From an uncultured virus (IMG/VR IMGVR_UViG_3300027743_000022) (Duplodnaviria > Heunggongvirae > Uroviricota > Caudoviricetes): 64,000 bases of DNA. The position numbers and the translations under genes were made by a program. The notes beneath the pieces were generated by a model that did no database searches, was not told where the DNA came from, and was given only the letters and a program-made list of their open reading frames with translations. Where the stretch lies: IMG/VR virus record IMGVR_UViG_3300027743_000022. One strand, 5' to 3'. The first letter of the stretch is position 1. Each line of letters begins with the position of its first letter. Shown here one piece after another: positions 11,101-23,300 of the stretch.

Positions 11101-11376
11101 ATAGGCATCTATACCTAACTCCTTTTTCATATCTTCATACTCTGTATGACTGATACCAAAGTCTTTTAGGAAACCATCTACCAATTGAGATTCTAAGTCT
11201 TCAATAGTTTTAGTCTGTGCTACAACACCTGCTAAATCATTAGCTGTAGGAAAATTATCTAAACCATTCTTCTCTTGCCATATAGCAATCTTAGCTCCAG
11301 CAACTGGAGGACTAACCTTTAGTTGCTTAGCTATATCAATGACATCTGGGTTATTAAAGTTTACACAATGTGACAT
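5200..11376 (-). CDS. Giant virion cargo (ejection) protein with nucleotidyltransferase-like, degenerate zincin-like and PD-(D/E)XK domains
   Basis: Follows the vRNAP as in crAss-like phages. Motifs LTGSLAL..HDIDF, AKITMGRGKDFSD, LPEEAMHF, GTDGH..AGTVDFL..ILDWK..QMEQY; hydrophobic segment near the C-terminus. Start moved to MSHCV (11376) to avoid overlap. Confidence 0.8.
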   Translation of the reverse strand: MSHCVNFNNPDVIDIAKQLKVSPPVAGAKIAIWQEKNGLDNFPTANDLAGVVAQTKTIEDLESQLVDGFLKDFGISHTEYEDMKKELGIDAYRASDLINKSIAYEKGESILPEVAYFAYSMLGKENNKVRSELRYLVNKWPKYKERFALHSKLTKDKFGFIGDKDEWRKKIRDMVILDFLQEKLEQSYFNPTAFEKSMDTRWTKEDFTIWNKIKQWFEDLLSKFSDKHKSHLEKLDNVGLAIADEVLNKNYEYFNYGLSEDQVQKKYHETLNKDQFAKNLVEFAQKELGIVLTGSLALRKAGKVYRSEEETIHDIDFTIPYEKNDSEANTEIYNAIMSPTYNNEELKKAASIAAKHVEKLDWFKKFKEKYPSFKLTNTFYGAGNENYDSLTVAGVVDGEIYAEDGYHMEDYSYVKKSPEDKSPVKVTQKRKVKHKKGELVKNTGYAIDFFVRLKPSGEQHQNYFKVWKEIMIAKITMGRGKDFSDWKAFEPYVPSDNAFNFNYAGFRNIGLASTKDVVLENPRTSRHPQTATSDTVRKMKDFLTRIGVDVQTVNSIVVGGIKQDANAAAFMNQKLVQVVNGMEAQALPEEAMHFAIEIIEQKDPKLFNELLKDIHNYETYKDVIKEYATNPLYQTADGKPDIRKLKKEAMGKVLAETIINLNENRRETPERIQKAQSWWEKIIESIKNIFSFSGFDTLAMNILAGDNIGNAEDIKLKQKEAVYLQQAAEQTRIYNQIKDVHNRITKKTVKNPQGGEEEKYFIDGKEIAKRVSNVIKTWFDVLSADKALTNSEYQNALNTLKADKGTDGHKDMEYIFDLFIDEDGNLRDVPKDDAGYQSRLNPADREMYDVLKQNFEDRLATYPKGTRFMTEATIYDPNRKGGDVAGTVDFLAIKPNGHVDILDWKFKSLYTDQGEDIPWYNINAWNRQMEQYKTIINKVYGVKAENFDQTMMIPIRAHYSGGNATQGILPQLAEIEIGDVNVKNITEDYLIPVGLEAQRTSSPKLDKLLTKLRALYKKLSEQKVLPAEKASKSEQLNALFKAIRHLQMKESIEPLLDQAQTLNKQMEYLIKKYDDVFKGKDKSEFTDGQINDFTRDLHSAEEVLESYKELNRDLSFMFQGELSEEDKKLKKDLRKVAETASDYKDKLGDIYTDFTLNFVGGTINAEKVVKGFTRWFGTSATIQLKGLQEIYKKAGRALGFASMDTNTEFKRLTQLKDNYLTWAANKGLDKKNMFNAIKKPNSNELIDEFKHEFYTEVVKRVQNKDYAWIKDNINVTEYKEHLNKLLQEELTRIDNKAYSGDEELARFRKQRDITNARDKYSISTPTSHGWLLRGEIYKYPDPGKWTSDEWKNLNKPENTPALDFYNYIKERNEYYASIGYINNQQARTFLPWVRKSFTEKLVFGGKVSLGEQFLRNISVDEGTVGYGAVDPLTGQLIDKIPKYFTSELEDDYSTDLFKNMFLYNEMAIKFKYMTDIEYQSRSLIRLEKNKNAIATSVFGRTSLEPDGSLKVSPNNSENSALIEDMVKSIVYGQKYIESATFDMLIGKLDGFTTKVNSTLGFKLMPENLKNREISINRSLDALNNMFQLKTLGLNPLSSFSNYFGGKTHSWINSGKYFTKQDYVNTEMWLLANKLGGSDKQKMLAALDYFMPFLEKYNKDASKKLSLKPGVLDENAVQDFLMVLMRNGEEAVQATNFYAFLRHAIVMNGEVLNTREYLRTTPEYVDFYAGSAEDRRKRADKFEEDVLKLNESHGLLKLGTVDKEGNFVIPGIEQKSNTVIDFRRTVQAFSTDALGSMSAENKRMVNMTVYGNSLMVFKNWIPRLVDVRFGAMKYNAASDAYEWGRSRMVAKVISEDVLKSIGRLRNSLIANDKGVEYMREMFETNKRTYYEETGKELDMTEAEFINLMRTNIRNQIHDLMVYATLSVLCMWGLKALAPDDDEDPRIKNTFKFIQKATDKLKDELHYFYDPRSLAGLTKGEIFPALGLIEDYTKALYSTLAEVYGLVQGDTELVDDNNSIKYWMKTMPFASQAASLLPMFAPDLAKDLGIQMQSQYGFGR

Positions 11377-11387
11377 AATCTTATTTT

Positions 11388-14300
11388 TTAAAATGGTATA
11401 CCATAGCAATCTAATAATTTATCCTGAGTTTTCCTATCTAGTTCTTTAAACTCTTCAAAGGTAGTAGTAAAAGCAGGATTAAATGGATGATCCATAGCCA
11501 TTTTATTCCATACATTTCTAGAAGCTTCTTCAGTTCTTTGACCTGTACCTCCATCATAGAAATCACTAGATGTATATTCTGTACTAGTAGTAGGTGGTGT
11601 TACAGGAGTAACTTTAGCTAATTCACTTCTAACCTCCATTAGTAATTTAGGAAACTCTGTACCCCATTTACCTTTATCTTGAGTGTGAGTTAATTCTTCA
11701 TTACCTGTAGCTAACAATCTTTGAAGAGCTTGAGGATTTTGTTCAAAAGAAGCCTTTAATAATGTTTTCATTATATAATTAGAATCTTTATCCCATGCTT
11801 TATTATCTAATTTAAATCTTCTTCCCAACTCTCTTAAAGTTTTTCCATCAGTAGTATTTAATATTTCTTGAGCTAGCTGATTTCTGTCAATATCATCCTG
11901 TAATACTTTAGATGGAACTCTATGAGTTTGCATTTGAGAGTATTGAACTTTATGCCATTGAAAAGCTTGTTCTACAGATTGGAAATTTCTTTCTCCCATA
12001 TATCCTATAGATCTATTATTTTGTTGAACATAGAATTTAAATGGTCTAACAGCAAAGTTACTTAAATCAGAATTCTCACCTGTACCTGCATAGATGTTTG
12101 TAGATGTTGGAGTAGTAACTTCTGTTACTTCTTTTTCTAATCTATCTAATTCTTTTTGTAAGAATGCATAGGTCATTGGAGCTTTCTCCTCTAGCTTAGC
12201 TAATCCCACTCCTATAGGAGGAATAACTACCTTATTGAATCTACCAGACTTAGCAGCTTTAATAGCTCTGTTGACATCATTGGTTATTATAAACTTATTG
12301 TTATCATATTCACTATCTGTTTTGAATGCTGAGTCTTCATTAGAAGGAAGTTTTTTAGTTGAGATACCAATAGTATTAGGTTCCCCTCTCATCTCTTTAG
12401 CCTGTCCTCCTAAGCCTGTTCTAATATCATTATCACCAAATAGGAATAAAGTATTAGGATTAGCTTTAACAAAGTCTCTGGTTATAATAGAAGTAGTTTT
12501 CTCTACACCTGCTACTACAAGAGGAACACCTGCTGGTCTTGCTGCTATCTCAGCTCCTGGTTTACGTTCAGCAGCTTTAGCTCTACCCTCATCTTCATCA
12601 CTAAAGAACTCTGTAGAACCAGGATAAGAACTAGCTATGTATCTTCTTAAAGCAAGTTGATCATACTCACCATCTTCATTAGTTTTTCCATTAGGATAGA
12701 TGTAGAAGTCATATCCTCCTTCAGCATTTCTAATAGTTTTCTGTAGATTTTTGTCTATATAATAATTCTGACCATCTATCTTAAGATAACCTCTGGTTAC
12801 TTTCTGAGCTTCTACATACTCAAGCATAGCATTAGTGAACTCTTTAGCATCTTCAATCTCATCTATAGTTTCTAATGGAACTTTTTCTTTTATAGTAGCT
12901 GTAGCTTTCTTAGCATTAATGATTTCAATTACTTCATCATCAGTTAACTCAACCTCAACCTTAACACTTGGGTTATTAATTACTGAAGGTCTTATATCTG
13001 TATAGTACTCTGAAGCTCTATTACCATCACCAAGAAGATTCACAAGTTTATATATATACTGCTCACTATCATTTTTAATGTTATACTTCTTAACAGCTTC
13101 ACCTGAAGCATATCTTACTTTTTGATAACCATAGAAGTCATTAAGAGTATAATCCCCTATTTTCTTTCTTTGGATATAGTCATTATCTGTAATAGTAGCA
13201 CCAGTTTTCAAATCTATTCTATCTGTAAACACATCACCTATAACTCTTGGTATCTTAATAACCTCATACTCTACTTCAGCACTATTAGTTTTTTCAGATA
13301 GAAATAGAATCTTTCTGTCATTAGAGCTAATACCATATGAAGGGTAGTCAGGAAAGTTTTTACTTGTATACCATCCTCTCTCTTCACCATACTCATCTAT
13401 ATACTCATCTTCTAATTCAAAGTTAGGAGTTACAGTAGGAACAATTTTATTATCTCCAAAGTTGTTTCTTTGGAAATATCCTCTAGAGAAAACATCTAAT
13501 TCAGGAGTAGCTTGTAACTGTGACATAATAGGAGCTACCTCTGCAGCAAAGTCTTCAATAGGAATAATATTTCTTATGGACACAGCTGATGGAGAAGTTC
13601 CTTGTATGATAGATATATCTAAAAGATCATAATAGAAATCTCTTAAGTCCTGATCAGTATCTCTCATCTCTCTCATCATTCCAGTGAACCTGTTCTCATC
13701 ATAAGCTTCTTTAACATTTACATTTAGTTTTATAGTTTTTGCTCCACCCTCTCTTACACTAGCTTCAACTTCAAGAGATTTCAATAGCTCGTTCTCTGGA
13801 TATTTTAATTTTAAATCTGCTAGTCTAGAAGCTGCAGAGGTAACATCACTAACTACTAGCTCTTCAATCCTCATATTAAGTTTATTAGCAGTAGTTATGA
13901 TATAGTCCATGAAGCTTGATTTCAATTTATTAGCAATTTTATTGAACTCATCTTCACTAATAAATTTATTAGCAGCATATGGTTTTAATACTTTCTGTGT
14001 AATAGCTACAAGTTCTCTTTGTTCAAGTTTGAATATAGCTGACATAGATTGCATTGCTTTATCAATAGTGTCTTTTTGTTTACCTATATGTGATTTATCT
14101 AATACCTCATCAACACTGGTGATTATATTTGTATTTCTTACTCTATCTGTATCCCATTGTTTTCTGGCAAAGTGATCACCATTGGTTACCCTGGTAGTAT
14201 CATATGTCATAGACTGAGTGAATTGGAAAGACTGGTCAGCCATAACAGCATATTTTAAGAACTCATCAAATATGTTAGACTGTTCCATTATAAAGTTATC

Positions 14301-17300
14301 ATCTAATAACAGACTATCTTTCATACCATCTTTATAATAATCTTCAATATGTCTTTTTAGATTATTTTGATTAAACAAACCTTCATCCTGTTGTATATGA
14401 TCTCCACTGATTCTAAACTCAGCTCTTATCTCTGCAATATTTTTCTTAGAAAATATATTCTTAGAACCTCTTTTCTCTAGAAGTTTTAAGTATTCAACAA
14501 TTATAGGTTGGGCCATAAAGTAAGCAGATCTCTTACCTACACCAATATTCTCTAAGAACATAAACATACCTACCACAGTATCACTCTGAATAATTTTCAT
14601 AATAAAAGGGTCTTTAGCAACATCCACGAAAGCTGTAGCATAACCAGAATATCTATCAGATATAAGCTCTCCACCATCATGAGTATGTGTACCAGATAGT
14701 GAAATAAATTTGTGTCCAGCAGCATTATAAACAGCATTATGATCAAGTTGTACTACACCATCTCCTAAGAAACTTCTTTGTTGAACAGATAATCCTTCAA
14801 ATCTCTCTGGATTTATATACACCATAGCCTTTTGTTTAAGTGCTAAGGATGTAATATTAGCAGCAGCAATACCTACCCATTTCTTAGCAACTACGAAAGA
14901 GTGTCTAAGATTGGTCATATAGTTTCTGTCAAGAGTTCTATTTTTAATAGTGGACTCATCATAACCTCTAAGCTCATCTAGTTCTGCAGCAAGCACACTA
15001 AGACCAGCATCATCAACTGGTTTAATCAATCTGTCAAATACCTCAGGCAGAGTAATAAGTTTCTCTAAGGAATCATAATACTCATTCTCTAGGGATTTTT
15101 TATAGTTTGTTTTGATGAAATCATCCTTAAGCTTACCCTTAAGTGCCTGCTCAGTTAATTTTGCCTTCTCAGTTTCTATATCATCTACCTGATTCAATAA
15201 ATAATCAATAGCAGTGACTCCTTTTTCATTTGCCTGTTCTATAATATCACCAATAATATTTTTATGAAACTCTACAAACTTACGTTGTTCCTCATCATAG
15301 TCAGTAAGTGTACTAAGTAAATCAAAACTTTGTCCTTCCACATCTGACATATGTCCTAATAGTGGAAGAAGTTTTTCTCTGAACTCATCAAATTTTCCTA
15401 GGTCAGCAATCTGTTTAGCTTTAGTATCTTCATATACCTTAGCATAGAATTCTTTAGTAGCTTCTTCTGAACCTTTATATTCTACAAGTCTCATATTACC
15501 ATTAGCATCCAAGTAAATTGATTTCAAATACATATTGAGTTTATCAATATCAAAGTCAGATCCTGCTTTACTTGTAATCTCTGATGGTACAACTACTGTG
15601 TGGCCCATATATTGTGGTAAAAATCCTTTTACCCTAAACACCTCTACTGATGATAGAGCTTGAGTAGGAATACGAAAACCTATACCTGAAAGTATTTTTT
15701 TACCCTCAGGAGTATTTAAGTAATTTAGAATTCTTTTTTCATGCTCTCTATCTGATTCATTTTTCTTTTTAGGAAAGTTATTTTTAAACCAGTGTGGTAC
15801 CAGTATCTCACAGTATGGATCCTCTTTACTATAAAACTTAAGTGTGTCATCTGTTATAGCTACATTTTTCTTTTCTTCATCTGATAGTGTTTCATACTCA
15901 GCTCTTGAGATATGTTTCCAGGATGGGTTACCATTCTCATCTTTAGTTTTTAAAGCTATTCTTCTTCCTTTCTTAGCATCCTCAAACATAGTTACAGGAA
16001 CCTGTACGTGTGCACCACCACTCATCTTAGGAGATACAAGAGCTTTATCTATCATAGAGTATATGATCTTTCTCATTTGGTCATATGCTGGTGAAGCTTC
16101 AAAAGGAATTACAAACTGATTATCTTCAGTTAACTCTAAACTTTCTTTAGCATTGTCAGAAACATTACGTCTAAGCATCTCTCTCATAAGAGTTTCAGCC
16201 ACAGATCTTCCATCTGTCATAACATAATTATCTCCTAAGTCCTGAATAGATAAATTATTTAATAGTTCATTATATGCGTTCTCATGCATTAAGTCTAACA
16301 TTTCTTTGTTTCTGTTATACTCATCCATTATTTCTTTTTGTCTCTCAGGAGTGTTTCCTATAATCTGACCATTGTTGAATATATCCATTGTAGCCATTTT
16401 GGTTAATTGACTACCTCTTGTTTGAGAATGTTCTCCTTCTGATGTGGTTTCAACTTGAATACCATAAGCTGTCCAGGGAACCTGAATAGTGTTATTGAAA
16501 GCCTCATCATTAAAAGTACCATTACCATTATACAATGGATGTGTTGTTTCTATACCAACCTTAGCTCCTGATTCAAATACTCCATATCCCATTCCCTGGT
16601 CCATCATCTTAGTATAGAATTTCTCCATAGTAGTACCTTGTACCATACTATAGTAGATAGGCATTTGAGACATCTTGTGTAGTATTGTATGAAACTCATT
16701 CTTGTTATAAGTACTACCTGTAACAATAGGTTTCAATACTTCTATGTGATGTTTAGGACATTCTTTTTGTAACATTAATTCATCATGAGCTTTCAATGCA
16801 GCATCTGTATATTTATATCCAGGCATGTTCTGTCTTGTGAAAGCCATTTGCCATTGGTGAAAAGCTTCTGCAGTATCATCCCATTGTTTGTTTTTCATTT
16901 TAATCTCTCTATAGGTGTTATCCATTAGTATAGAGAAACCATCAGTTTCATTAGTCTCACCATAAAGATTGATTAGTGATGTTAATGATCCTAATATATT
17001 ATTATCTGCAAGAACAGTAGCATTAGCATATGACTTATGATCATGATAACCTGGATCTCCTTTCTTAAGTACAATATCACCAACCATATTCATCTCTCTA
17101 TTAAGGAAACTATTGAACTCTGGATGATCGAATGTTGTACGTCTAGGAGATAAGAAAGATTTAATACGTTTAGTTAAGTCAAGTTTACCTTTGCTTTCTT
17201 TAAACTGATATGGATCACCAAACAATATTTTATGATATTCAATATTATTTATAATATAGTTTGTATTAGCAAATCTAAGAACCTGGTTAACCAAGTCCTC

Positions 17301-20300
17301 ACTCATCTCATGAGTTTTAAATTTATTATCTATAGCAAACTGAGTATTAAGTCCTTTATAGTTATAGAGCTCTAGCTCTTCACCATGGTTATCCATTTGG
17401 TTAGTAGACATAAGATTCTCTTTAGTTTGAGCTACTGTATTTTCAATGTATGCATTAACAGCATCCATAATAACATTCATATTGTCATTGATGAGAGGTT
17501 CTACATCTTCAAATGTTGATACCTTATCATTAAGCTTCTCATTAATTTTATCCAATAGTTTTTGTCCTTCAGCTGTAGAAGATAAGAAGTCTTTAAAGAA
17601 TCTAAGTTGAGTAGCTCTTCCTTTTATATTTTTAAGTCTACTTCTGTTAACATCATCAAGAGCTAACTTAACATCATCTATTAAGTAACCTTTGAATATA
17701 CTAGCTTTTTTATCATTAGCTCTCTTAGCTGTACCATTGAAATCTCTAAAGGTTACTACATTACCTAAGTTGATCATCCACTCTGTAGTACCATCAGCAG
17801 GTATAAGAACAAAATAATCACCATTTAGATTTTGATTAATCTCCTGAGACATTCTCTCACCAGTACCTAAACCACTTGTACTAACACCTTTGTTATTATC
17901 AAGATCTTGTGTTCCTTGTATATACTTAACCTTCAATGGAACTTCAGTTCTAGTACCATCAGTGTTAAAGAACATTCCTCCAAGTTTAAGTATCTGACTG
18001 TTATCAGAGAATATATCTTTGAGCTGTGGCATAAGTTCTTTTAGTTCTTCTAAATCTTCTACCTCATTAAATACATTCTCAAATACAGAAGGTACATTGT
18101 TTTCTGAGTAGCTACCAACTCTTTGTCCCTCCACACCAAAGTATGTAGGATCTTGATTAGGGCTTTCAACTGTGGTGAATAGCTCAGCTATCTTATTAAT
18201 ATGTCCTTCAACATTTAATATCTTACCACTAAGAGTCATAACACTAGGATTGTCAGCAATGTATCTGTGTAATCCACTTACTGCATTAGCAAACTCATTC
18301 TTGTTTTTATCTGTTTTAAGTTTTCTGTGTGTAGACATAGTAAACTCTATCCCTAATGCTTGTAGGAATACAGTCATATCTGACTTAGTTTTAATAGGAT
18401 ATGATTTAAGAGCTTCACTACTCACTACATATGTCTGAGTTAACCTATCATAAGATATAAGCTTAGGTAGAGTAACTTCTTGATTTTGTTTTATAAGAGT
18501 AATAGTTTTTTCTTTATCCTTAGCTAAGGCTCTCATATTCTCCATCCACTTATTACGTTCAAGTCTTGAAGCATTGAATAAGTTAGCAGAACCTGTATAA
18601 GTTTCACCAAGTCTTTTATATTGAATAAGAGCATCTGGTTTTTGTCTATTACCAAATGATTGCATATAATCTATAAAGAATCTCCAATCTGAAAATTTGA
18701 ATTGAGAGAAAGGTATTGTTTTATCAGCAAGATTACCTCCTACTCTTTCAAAAGTAGAAACGAAATTACCATCATCATTAGCTAAGCTGACTAGTTTATC
18801 TACAAATTTTGATACAGAAGATGTATTAGATATTCTGTCCAGTAGAGTAGAATAAACTTTATTAAAGTTTACAAGCTTTAAGAAACCAAGTTTACCTTTT
18901 TCTTGTTTAGGTTTAGGACGTTCAAATCCAGAAGACTTACCTTGATCTATAGACTCTCTTTCAATAAGAGTAGCAGTACTAAACTTAACAGCTTTAGTAG
19001 CAGAGTTCTTACCCTCAGGAGCAAAAGTTTCTTTAGTATAATCATTCTTATTAGTTCCCTCTGTATTGATGTTAGGATTCTCAGTCTCCATGGAATAACC
19101 AAGAGTTCTTAATCTATCTCTAACTTTATCTTTTAGTTGTGACCAAGCAGTAGGAGTTAAGTAAGGAGATTTACCACCTTCCTCATACATATCCCATATC
19201 TCATCCCATACCTCTTCACTATCTATAGGTGCAGGAGAGTATAAAGCATCTTTCTGTCCATCTCTACTTAATATACCAGCAGCTCTTGCCAGCATATCTT
19301 CCACAAACATATGGGTCTCAGTTTCATTTAATCCTTCTACAGCTCTATATTGTGGTTCAAGTCTTTCTATACCAGTAGGTAGTGCTTTCTCTTTGAACTC
19401 TCCAGCTTCAATAGCGTTGAATAGCTGGTCTTTTAGACTAGGTTGGTTAACAAATGATCTAAAGAAATTTATGATGCGTTGGAAGAAGTTTCCTATCTTC
19501 TCAGCTAAGTTTCTGGCTGGTAGTTTACCAACTCTGAAATCAGCAAAGTCATCCAGTATTCTTTCCTTAGCCTGATTGTCTGTAGCCTCAGAGTATAATA
19601 TTCTTTTAAGAGTTTCTCTATCTGTGAAAGCACCTTGCTTAGCTTTGAACTCATCTAATAAATCTTGTTGTTCTTTTTCAGTAAGTAAACCATTCCAGAT
19701 AGCTTCACCTACCTCATGGTATTCAGTACCTCTTAATCCACCTTTGACAAACTTAGCAACACCATTCTCGAATACACCCCAAGCTTTTCTACCATCATTG
19801 GTTTGTATAATGTTCTCTAACACTTCATAAGGAATGAGTGGAAGTTTCTCTGCAGCCCAATCTTTAAATATCTCTAGTTCCTCCTCAGTCATTCTATGTC
19901 TATCAGCAACACCCATAAGTCTGAAAGGGACATTGTTTATAGTTGGATCAGGAGCATTTCCTATTCCTGATGTCTGATTGTTGAAAGGTGTACCAGCACC
20001 TCTTCTTCCTCCAGCACCTAAATTACCTAAACGACTACCAGCAGGAGATACTACAGTTACCTGTGCAGGAGCAGCAGTAGGTTTATATCCTACAAGTTTT
20101 CCATTAAGCTGTCTAATTACACTATTAATTTCTTTAAACTCTGCAGACTCATCATCTGTAAGAGAAGCCATTCTAGCAGACATTTCAGCAGCCTTAGCTT
20201 CAAGTTCTACTTTCTGATTATATAAAAGATCCTTATCATCTGTACTAAGTATCTCAATAGGTTTTCTTGTTACTGTAGGTGCAGGTGCTTGTTTTTTCTT

Positions 20301-23300
20301 TAATGCATCTACAAGTGCAGCTCTAACTCTAGCATTAGTAAGCTCTTTAAGATTGTCTGCATTAGAAGCATCTTCATCATATATACCTAAGGTTTCCATA
20401 ACTGCTTGCATTGGAGCAGGTATAGCAGCCTCATTCTTTTTAACAAAATCATTATATCCATCTCCACCTGTAATCTCTACTACAGGAGAACCTGTAGCAT
20501 CTAAGGATGCTGTATATTTTATATCACCTATCTTAGCATCTTTGATTGTATTTTCTGTCTTACCATCTAATGTAGTAGCTACACCATTAACATCTATAAC
20601 TACTGGAACAGTAACAGGAGGAGCTGGTGGTTGTTGTGGAGCACGTTTCTTTACACCTGATTTACCAATCTCTGTATAAATCATAGCAGCTATTCTAAAC
20701 TCTACAAATCTGGTAAGATTATCTTTCACAGTACCATCAGCATCATAACCATCCCCTAGGGTTTTTATAACATTTGCAGGTACCTCATCTTTATTCTTTT
20801 CTAAGAAGTCCTCAAGTCCTTTACCACCCATCACTGTTACATCTGGTTTTCCATTATCCAGAGAGACTGTGAATTCTACTTCCCCTATAGGTAGGTTCAA
20901 TTTATTAAGTTCCTTAACATCAAGAGCTATCTCTGTACCATCAACAGTAACCACATCTACTCCTGTTGTTGTAGGAGGAGCAGGTTGTTTACCTGGTTTA
21001 GTTTTAGGAGCAGGTACTTCATATTCTAAATCTTGTAGAATAGAATATTTCTGTGCAAATGAATAAGGTATTTCAGGAGTAGGTTTAGCTACTGCTGTTG
21101 TTAAAGGAGTTTCTACTGCACTTCTTGCAGAACCATCAGGATGTTTATTTGATAATAAGTAAGATTGATAGTTTGTCCACTCTCTTTGTTTAAGAACATC
21201 ACCATCCATATAGAACTCAGTGAAAGGTTCTGAATGATATTTCTTAATAGTAGTGTTGTTTGTACTGAACCATGCTTTCTTAAGCTGGTCTAATATCTCA
21301 TCTTTTCTAAGTGCTATCTCTGTAAGAGGAAAACTTTTACCACCTATTATAAGGTTCATATTCTCTTCATCTATCTGAATAGCACTAGGAGAATCAGTTT
21401 TCTTTTTATTCCAGTATAATACATTTTGAATAAAATCAAGTTCTGGTGACTCTATGTAGATAGGTTGGTTTCTTACTAACTGATCTTTTAGTTTGTCAGT
21501 AACTGTTTTGATTGTTTCATAAAGAGCATTAGCCTGATTGTCATTAATATTTCTATTATTAAGGAATACTATTTTAGAACCAAATTTAAATACAGGTACA
21601 CCATCAGGGTAATTAAAGTTCTCTCCACCATGTGCTACAGTACCTTTAGTAGGAATATCTATAATAGTTTGTTCTGTAGCTATTCTATCATTATCTATAA
21701 GAACATCACCAACCTGATTAAACTCTCGAGGAGTATTCTCAATAGCAAATCCTTTAGATACTTTAATCTCATACATATCAAAGTTAGTAGGATTGGATGC
21801 AAATAGTTTAGATCTAAACTTAGCATATCCTGCAGACTGTCCTTCAGCTTCATCTTTCTGATTGCTTCTATGTCTGGCCTCACCATTAGACCAGGTTAGT
21901 TCAGTAGTAGGCATAGTTTGAAATACAACTTTATCCAAGTCAGCTTGCTCACCTACCTTAGTAATCTTATTACCTTGCTCATCTACAAAGTATTTATCCT
22001 TACCCTCAAGTACCATATATACCTGAGCTAAGAATCCTTTATTAACATCTGTAGAATCTTGTATATCTGTTACTGGTGTATCTAAGTCTCTACCATATGC
22101 TAGTTGTACTATACCTTCCAATCCTAATTCTTTAGCATTGTTAGCATGTACAAGGATAGCTCTAATATTTTTTCTATTTTTAAAATCATCAATCTTATTC
22201 AAAAACAATCTTGCTCTCTTAATATGAGGACTTGCTTTAGTAGGATCACTAAGATCTTCTGATTCTGTTGTACTGGATTTATAAAGCACATCAGCATCTT
22301 TTCTAGGATTCTCTTTAGGATTGTTTACAGTAGTAGTATCAATACCAGGAGCTGTACCAGATTTTTGTTCTATAGCAGCTTGAGCTTTAACCCAATCTTC
22401 TTTTCTCTTTCTAAACAAAGCTTCTCTTTCAGCTCTAGCACGAGCTTCAGCCATAAACTTATTATACCTATCATTGAATTCTTTCTCTATAGCTTCCTGA
22501 AGTTTAGTATCCTCACTAGTTGACATAGTAAAGAGCATACTGTCTAAATCTTTATTCTTAGCTCCCTGGAACTCTTTTTTCTGTGCTGCAAATTCTGGTC
22601 TGCCAAGCACATCATTAATAGTATTCATCAACATCTCTTCAAGCTCAGGAAACTTGTTATCCATTTCAGAGATGTTATATTTTTTAAATTCTTCAGGAGT
22701 TAAAAACTTAGATTTACCATCAGGCATTTTAACTTCAATCTCTCCACCTAATGTATGTGCAAGCACAGTCATCTTAGGAGCCATAATAAGATTAGAACCT
22801 TCTCGTACAAGAGGTTCTTGTAATGAATATTCTTTACCTACTTCAAGTTTCTGTTTAACCTCTTCAGAACCTTCAGGAGTTTCTACTTCTTGTACAACTT
22901 CTACAGGCATATCAGCTTTCTCTCCTGGTCTATATTCATCCTTCTCTACATAATTTAGAGGATTATCTTTTATATCATCATACTCCTGTATATAAGATTG
23001 TCTTCTCATAGACATTTCTATGATGTCTGATAAGTTAGTTTTTAATTTGTCTTTAACATCACTTGTAACATTAAGCTTATTTATATGTGCTAAGGCTTCT
23101 TGTGTAGCAGCCATGTTAGGTTTATTGTTTTCTATAATATTCTGTAGAACATCATGTGTTGGTACACCTGCAGCAACAAGAGAGGCATTTACCTGTGGTA
23201 TACGAGTTTCATAGTCTGCTATCTTAGATGCAGAATAAACCATCTTATCTATAACTGCTGGAGAATATCTTCTTGTGAACTTTCCATCAGGTCCAGGGAT

